A DNA stretch of 64,000 nt from Octopus vulgaris. Its lineage: Eukaryota. Positions 57,251-64,000 of the stretch are shown piece after piece (position 1 is the stretch's first letter; every line of letters starts with the position of its first letter). A model generated the notes under the pieces. It had not been told where the DNA came from. It ran no database searches and worked only from the letters and a program-made list of their open reading frames with translations. The stretch is taken from positions 51,522,001 through 51,586,000 of the forward strand of contig OX597828.1 of NCBI GenBank assembly GCA_951406725.2, in the 5' to 3' direction. A program made the position numbers and the translations under genes.

Positions 57251-58276
<1,026 letters not shown>

Positions 58277-59086
58277 ATTACAGATGTTGCTGTCAGAATG
58301 TAAAAACAAAAAGCATGAACCTTAAAAAAAGTTACGATCAAACAATTCTGCATTGGAAATCGGGAAATACCAAACGATCTGAGGATTCCGACCAGCTATT
58401 TCCCTGTAATGGAAATTTATGCATTGACTCCGAAATGGTGGACTGAAGAGTTGACATCAGTCGCATTTGAACTGCGTGAGAAGAGAAGCGGAACATATAT
58501 AATTCAATTTATCGGATTCTTGAGAAAAAAGCCACTTCACTGCCTTGTATTAAAGTGCAAACGCAGACATTTTGTGTTGCTCTTATATTTACGGCTATGT
58601 ATGTATGTATGTATGTATGTATGTATGTATGTATGTATGTATGTATGTATGTATGTATGTATGCATGCATGTATGTATGTATGTATTAATGTATGTATGT
58701 ATGTATGTATATATGTATGTATATATGTATGTATGCATGTATGTACAGATATATTTGTGTGCGTCTGTTGATACATTTATGAGGCAAGAATAGATAAATG
58801 TGGAAAAATACTTTTTTATTTTGAAATATACTCCGTTCTGTTTATCTCCAAGGTAGTATAAAGCAATTAAGTTCTGGAAGTTTGAGGTTGCACAAGAAGT
58901 TATCAATGACAGCTGTCATCAAAAGAGGAGATGTTTTGTATCAGGGGTTGATATACTACGTTTCAGTTCCCTTGTAGGAGACAGAAATAGAATCGCAAAA
59001 TAATACAAATATCACAAACATCTACCGTCATAACACACACATACACACACATATACATATGCGGATGCACACACATATTCGAACAC

Positions 59087-59138
<52 letters not shown>

Positions 59139-59229
59139 GCACACATACATACATACGAACACGTGTGCTCATATATATATATATGCACATACATAAATGT
59201 ATAAATTCATGTGTGTGTATATATATATG

Positions 59230-59440
59230 TTCTATTCTTTTCTTTATTTAAGTCATTTGACTGCGGCCATCCTGGAGCAGCACCACAATTATTCGAACAA
59301 ATCGACTACAGCACTTATTCTTTGTAAGCTTAGTGCTTATTCTATCGGTGTCTATTGCCGAACTGCTAAGTTACGGCGACGTAAACACACCAAATCGGTT
59401 GTCAAAGCGATGGTGGGGAACAAATAGACACGCAAATACA
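59230..59440 (-). mobile_element. SINE family A, 3' part
   Basis: gtcatttgactgcggccat...cttattctatcgg...gttgtcaa blocks. Confidence 0.72.
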
Positions 59441-59456
59441 TACATACATATATATG

Positions 59457-59537
<81 letters not shown>

Positions 59538-61114
59538 TTGTGTGTGTGTATATATATATATATATAAGTATACACACATACACATATATATAAACGCATA
59601 CTTATACTGAGAGAGAGAAAGAAGAACATAGAGTGACAGAGAGAGAAATAAAGATAGATAGAGAGAGAAAAACATCTAAGTATGAGTGAATAATAGATGT
59701 GTAAGAAGAAGAGCATGCGTCAGAAAATACAGTAAAAGTTTTGAAGTATGTCATGGAAAGATTGTCTACAAGAGAGTTATTTAGAAATAAATAGCTATTT
59801 ACTTCTTTTGTAAATTATTAAGACAACATAGCTTCAAAATTAAAAACATAATGCAAGACAGAAGTATTATTAAGACAGTTAGTTTTAGTATACTGTCACA
59901 AAAGACGCATATCTTTTTCGATGCAAGTTTGTATGAGTTATAAACTATGTTATTTTATGCGTGTTGTTCATGTTGAAGCGAAATATTTTTGCTTTTGGTG
60001 TTTTAGTTATTGCGACAAGTTTCAAATGGAAGTTTCAGAATTGCATCTTCTGCTAAAGCTTTAAGATCAATGTGTCGTGGTCAAAAAAATATCTAGCAGT
60101 AATATATTGAATAGACTCTGATCACCTTTGTCTGTAGCTTAAAATACGATGCTAAAAGAAGTATTACCAATATAATATTAGTTATTATTGAATAATAGCA
60201 GAGATAACACATTGATGATATGTCACATTTCCTTCTTCGAAACTAAAACGCCTAACACACAAAAATCTCCCAACAAATAGTTGATCTCCTGTGTATGCGA
60301 TAGTAAATTAATGCATACGCACATATCCGTTTTGAGATTGTGTATTTAAATCTACTTCAAAACCTTTGTTCTGTGTGTCTTGATGGACAATCTAGATTAC
60401 ATTGTTTCAATTGTTTTTAGCTATCAATAATAAATGGCAGACAAATAGTAGTTTTACCGTTAAGTGAGTGGCGCCTTAACGAAGGCATTTCTTAATGTGT
60501 CTGTTTAAAGAAACTGTTCAGCATTGTGTCTGTCATGAAGTGGAATTTGTTTATCGTTTTTAGAGTCAATATGTACTCTTAAAATTAAACATTTGCATTT
60601 CCATACAACCCATCGAAGCTAGTTAAAACATTCAATCCATCATATTTTTTTTTTCATTTTAAAGCAACAAATTGGCATAATCAAAAGCATAGAATAAAAC
60701 GCATGTTAAGGTAACGAGGAGCCAGAAATTTCGCTGTGTAATTATTTCCATCAGAGATTAGCAAAAGTAAAATTATTGCAACTCAGTTATTGATTATATA
60801 CTGGAAGACATCTTGTCTTCTATTCTAATGTTAATGCAGATATCATCGACCTGGCAGAAAAAGAAATTCGATACAAAAATCTGAATTATTTATTGTGCTT
60901 TACCAAAAGTTGTTTCACCTTATGCTTTCTGTTTTATAAAACAAAAGCGTCTATTGCATATTTACTTCTTTAATTATGTAATTACTTTATATTGTATAAA
61001 ACACATTTTAATAGATTATATAAAATAAAACATTATTCAACTAAAGACTTAAAACAAATGTTTCCTTGGCTTCTTTTATCATTTGTTTGACAATTTTCCC
61101 GTCTACTTTCTTGC

Positions 61115-61541
61115 TCTTTACTCTTTTACTTGTTTCAGTCATTTGACTGCGGCCATGCTGGAGCACCGCCTTTTTAGTCGAGCAACTCGACCCCTGGACT
61201 TATTCTTTGTAAGCCCAGTACTTATTCTATCGATCTCTTTTGCCGAACCGCTAATGGACGGGGACGTAAACACACCAGCATCGGTTGTCAAGCGATGCTA
61301 GGGGGACAAACACAAACACAAACACATACACACACACACACATATACACGCATACACATATATATATACATATATACGACGGGATTCTTTCAGTTTCCGT
61401 CTACCAAATCCACTCACAAGGCATTGGTCGGCCCGGGGCTATAGCAGAAGACACTTGCCCAAGATGCCATGCAGTGAAACTGAACCCGGAACCATGTGGT
61501 TGGAAAGCAAGACACTTACCACACAGCCACTCCTGCGCCTA
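61115..61541 (-). mobile_element. SINE family A, full length
   Basis: Homologous to the other A copies over its full length. Confidence 0.88.
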
Positions 61542-61930
61542 CTCATAATTTTTTTTTTGCCATTTTTCTTTTCAGTTTTCATTTCAGTCCAGACTTCTAC
61601 TTTCATTTTCACTATTTTTATTAGTTTTCTTGTTTTTTCCTTTCTTCATTTCCAGATTTCTTTCGTTCCATTTATTTCTCTTCCATGTAATTTACATCAA
61701 ATGATTTTCTTTATATTTTTTCTCTTCATTTCATTAATAATCCGGGGAGGTGACTATCAGTTAATATATTTCAAGCGGAAATGAACAGGGGATGTGCTTG
61801 GCACCGCTTACCTTCCATATACTTTTGTTTCCATAATGCAGTGAACATCCGGTAAAACATATGTACAGTCTTTCGCTTATTTTTTGTAGAAAAAGTCGGT
61901 TTTCCTTCCGATAAAAGGATAGTCGTGACA

Positions 61931-62022
61931 AAGCTTCCCAACCGCATGGTTCTGGGTTCAGTCCCACAGCATGGCCTCCTGGGCAAGTGTTTTTGGTAGG
62001 CGGAAACTGACAGAAGCCTGTC

Positions 62023-62072
<50 letters not shown>

Positions 62073-62231
62073 GCTCCATTCTAACAAAAACTGTCTGATG
62101 AACGGCAACGAGAAACTCAGAGTAACAGATATTGTTGAATTTTCTGCTGCTTTAAATAAAGCTTGTTACTCTACCACTGGTATTTGAGTACTCTTTTTTT
62201 CCACCTTGTTTCACATTTATGTGTTTACTCC

Positions 62232-62288
<57 letters not shown>

Positions 62289-62520
62289 TTGTATATATCT
62301 TTGTGTGTGGGTCTTTGTATTGTGTCTGCGCCCCCCCTCACCACTTGGCAACCGGTGTTGGTGCGTCTGTGTCCAGTAACTTAGCGGTTCGTCAAAAGAG
62401 ACCGATAGTAGTACTAGATATAAAAAAATTAACTTTGGAGTCGGTTGTTCGACTAAAATGCTCCAAGATAGTGTCCTAGCATGGACGGAATCAAATGAGT
62501 GAAACATGTAAAAGAATAAA
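61931..62520 (+). mobile_element. SINE family A, interrupted in its internal (TA)n by a 163-bp insert
   Basis: A head at 61931-62025; A tail at 62300-62520. Confidence 0.7.
62091..62128 (+). ncRNA. Minimal hammerhead ribozyme candidate within the insert 62071-62233
   Basis: ctgt-CTGATGA-acg(gcaa)cga-GAAA-ctc-a-gag-TA-acag; GUA triplet; weak stem II. Confidence 0.6.
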
Positions 62521-63361
62521 ACAATACCCTCAGTACCTGTCGCTCGAGCATTTTTGCTTTACATGAAACATGGCTGGTTTGGAAGGCTGATTTATTTCAA
62601 AACGTGCATCTATCTTCGTTGAACAAGTAATCTTGGAATTAATCCATAATTGTTATCTTTGATAACAAGCCTTCGTCAGATAAAACATAGTCAGTTAGTG
62701 GAGTCATTAAATAAAAAATCTCAGGTGATAATTGGGTAAACATCAAAAGTTATCTTTAACATTTACGAACACTCTCTAATAACCGTTTCCTTTTCACTTT
62801 ATCAGGATGCCAGATAAAGTCCCTAAACTTCGCTATCTATCACGGTTGGTTATACTGGCTCCAATGATGTTCTATCTAAACATTTACAAGCTGCCATTCT
62901 AAAACAAGTGGGCAACGAAAGATTTTCGAAACATTGACGCTCTATGGCGGAGTTCTTCCGACACGACAAGTGGTTAGTGTTGTGACTAAGGTTGAGAGAC
63001 ATAATAAAAACCACTAGATGATAAAAGTACCTCAACTGTGCATCAGTTAGATGTTATAGGTAACTGAGCATTTCAGGGGAGAAGAAAATGCTTTAGATAC
63101 GATAGAATAGACATCAAGGTTAGTCAGTGATTTGTGGGGCAAACATTTTGCTACAGTGGTAAATGAATTTAACAAACAGGAGAAATTAACGTCAAATAAA
63201 AGCATTCATGAATGCTTGAAGGTTTAGTATTGGCAGCACGGCAGTTGTAGGCGACCTACCCTACTGTATGCTTTAACTGAGCTCTATACGGTGGCAGTCA
63301 TGGTTCAGAACGAACGTATTGTCTGGTTATTCTTTGGGTACTACTTTAAATATATTGTGTC

Positions 63362-63598
63362 TCAAGAGGGCGGCGAGCTGGCAGACACGTTAGCGTACCG
63401 GTCGAAATGCTGAGTAGTATTTCGTCTGTCGTTACGTTCTGAGTTCAAATTCCGCCGAGGTCGACTTTGCTTTTTATCCTTTCGGGGTCGATAAATTAAG
63501 CACCAGTTATGAACTGGGGTCGATGTAATCGACTTAATACCTTTGTCTGTCCTTGTTTGTCCCCTCTATGTTTAGCCCCTCGAGGGTAATAAAGAAAT
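63362..63598 (+). mobile_element. SINE family C with 12-bp TSD
   Basis: TSD atatattgtgtc at 63350-63361 and 63599-63610. Confidence 0.88.
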
Positions 63599-63882
63599 AT
63601 ATATTGTGTCACCAGTAAGGATTCTTGAACATGGTGAGACATAACATTTGAAACGATGCTGGATGTTTGAATAATTGCTTTATGAGGGACAGAATGGATT
63701 TCACGTTTAAAATCATAACCCGTAAACATTTGTAAACTGAAAGTGATTATGGCAAAAATGACTGGAATTTTTAATGAATCGAAGACCAAGAATGATTCTA
63801 TTCCATTGGAAAGAGCAGTGATCAAGAACTATGGCCAAGATTTTCAGGAGTAAAAGCACCTGATTAACGATTTCGTTTCGTT

Positions 63883-64000
63883 TGGCTGTGTGGTAAGAAG
63901 CTTGCTAATCAACCACATGGTTCCGGGTTCAGTCCCACTGCGTGGCATCTTGGGCAAGTGTCTTCTGCTATAGCCCCGGGCCGACCAGTGCCTTATGAGT
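63883..64000 (+). mobile_element. SINE family A head, cut by the window end
   Basis: tggctgtgtggtaagaagcttgc...ggttccgggttcagtcccactgcgtggc. Confidence 0.8.

Noticed and set aside
62800-63065. Plus-strand exon (atcag acceptor to gtaact donor)
   Set aside because: All three frames contain stop codons.

Overview
Eukaryotic, AT-rich, microsatellite-dense, almost entirely non-coding DNA. The SINE and microsatellite make-up resembles a cephalopod (Octopus-like) genome; this is inferred from recalled families, not checked by a search. Most ORFs in the track are translations of (TA)n, (CA)n, (TAA)n or (GAT)n tracts or of SINEs. The window is a mosaic of: decayed CR1-like, RTE-like, Dong/R4-like and L1/Tx1-like LINEs; several tRNA-derived SINE families; mariner fragments; a 2.8-kb hAT element with an 8-bp TSD; MITE/foldback elements; and one candidate host exon. 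Most notable: (1) at least five distinct families of short elements carrying minimal type I hammerhead-ribozyme motifs, one with a tRNA-like Pol III head, an (AAT)n spacer and a 5' fold-back; (2) a 5-kb (TAA)n landing pad holding co-oriented insertions of a stop-free Dong/R4 endonuclease fragment and a non-coding ~550-bp putative partner element; (3) SINEs showing all four combinations of two head modules and two tail modules. Boundaries of decayed repeats are approximate.
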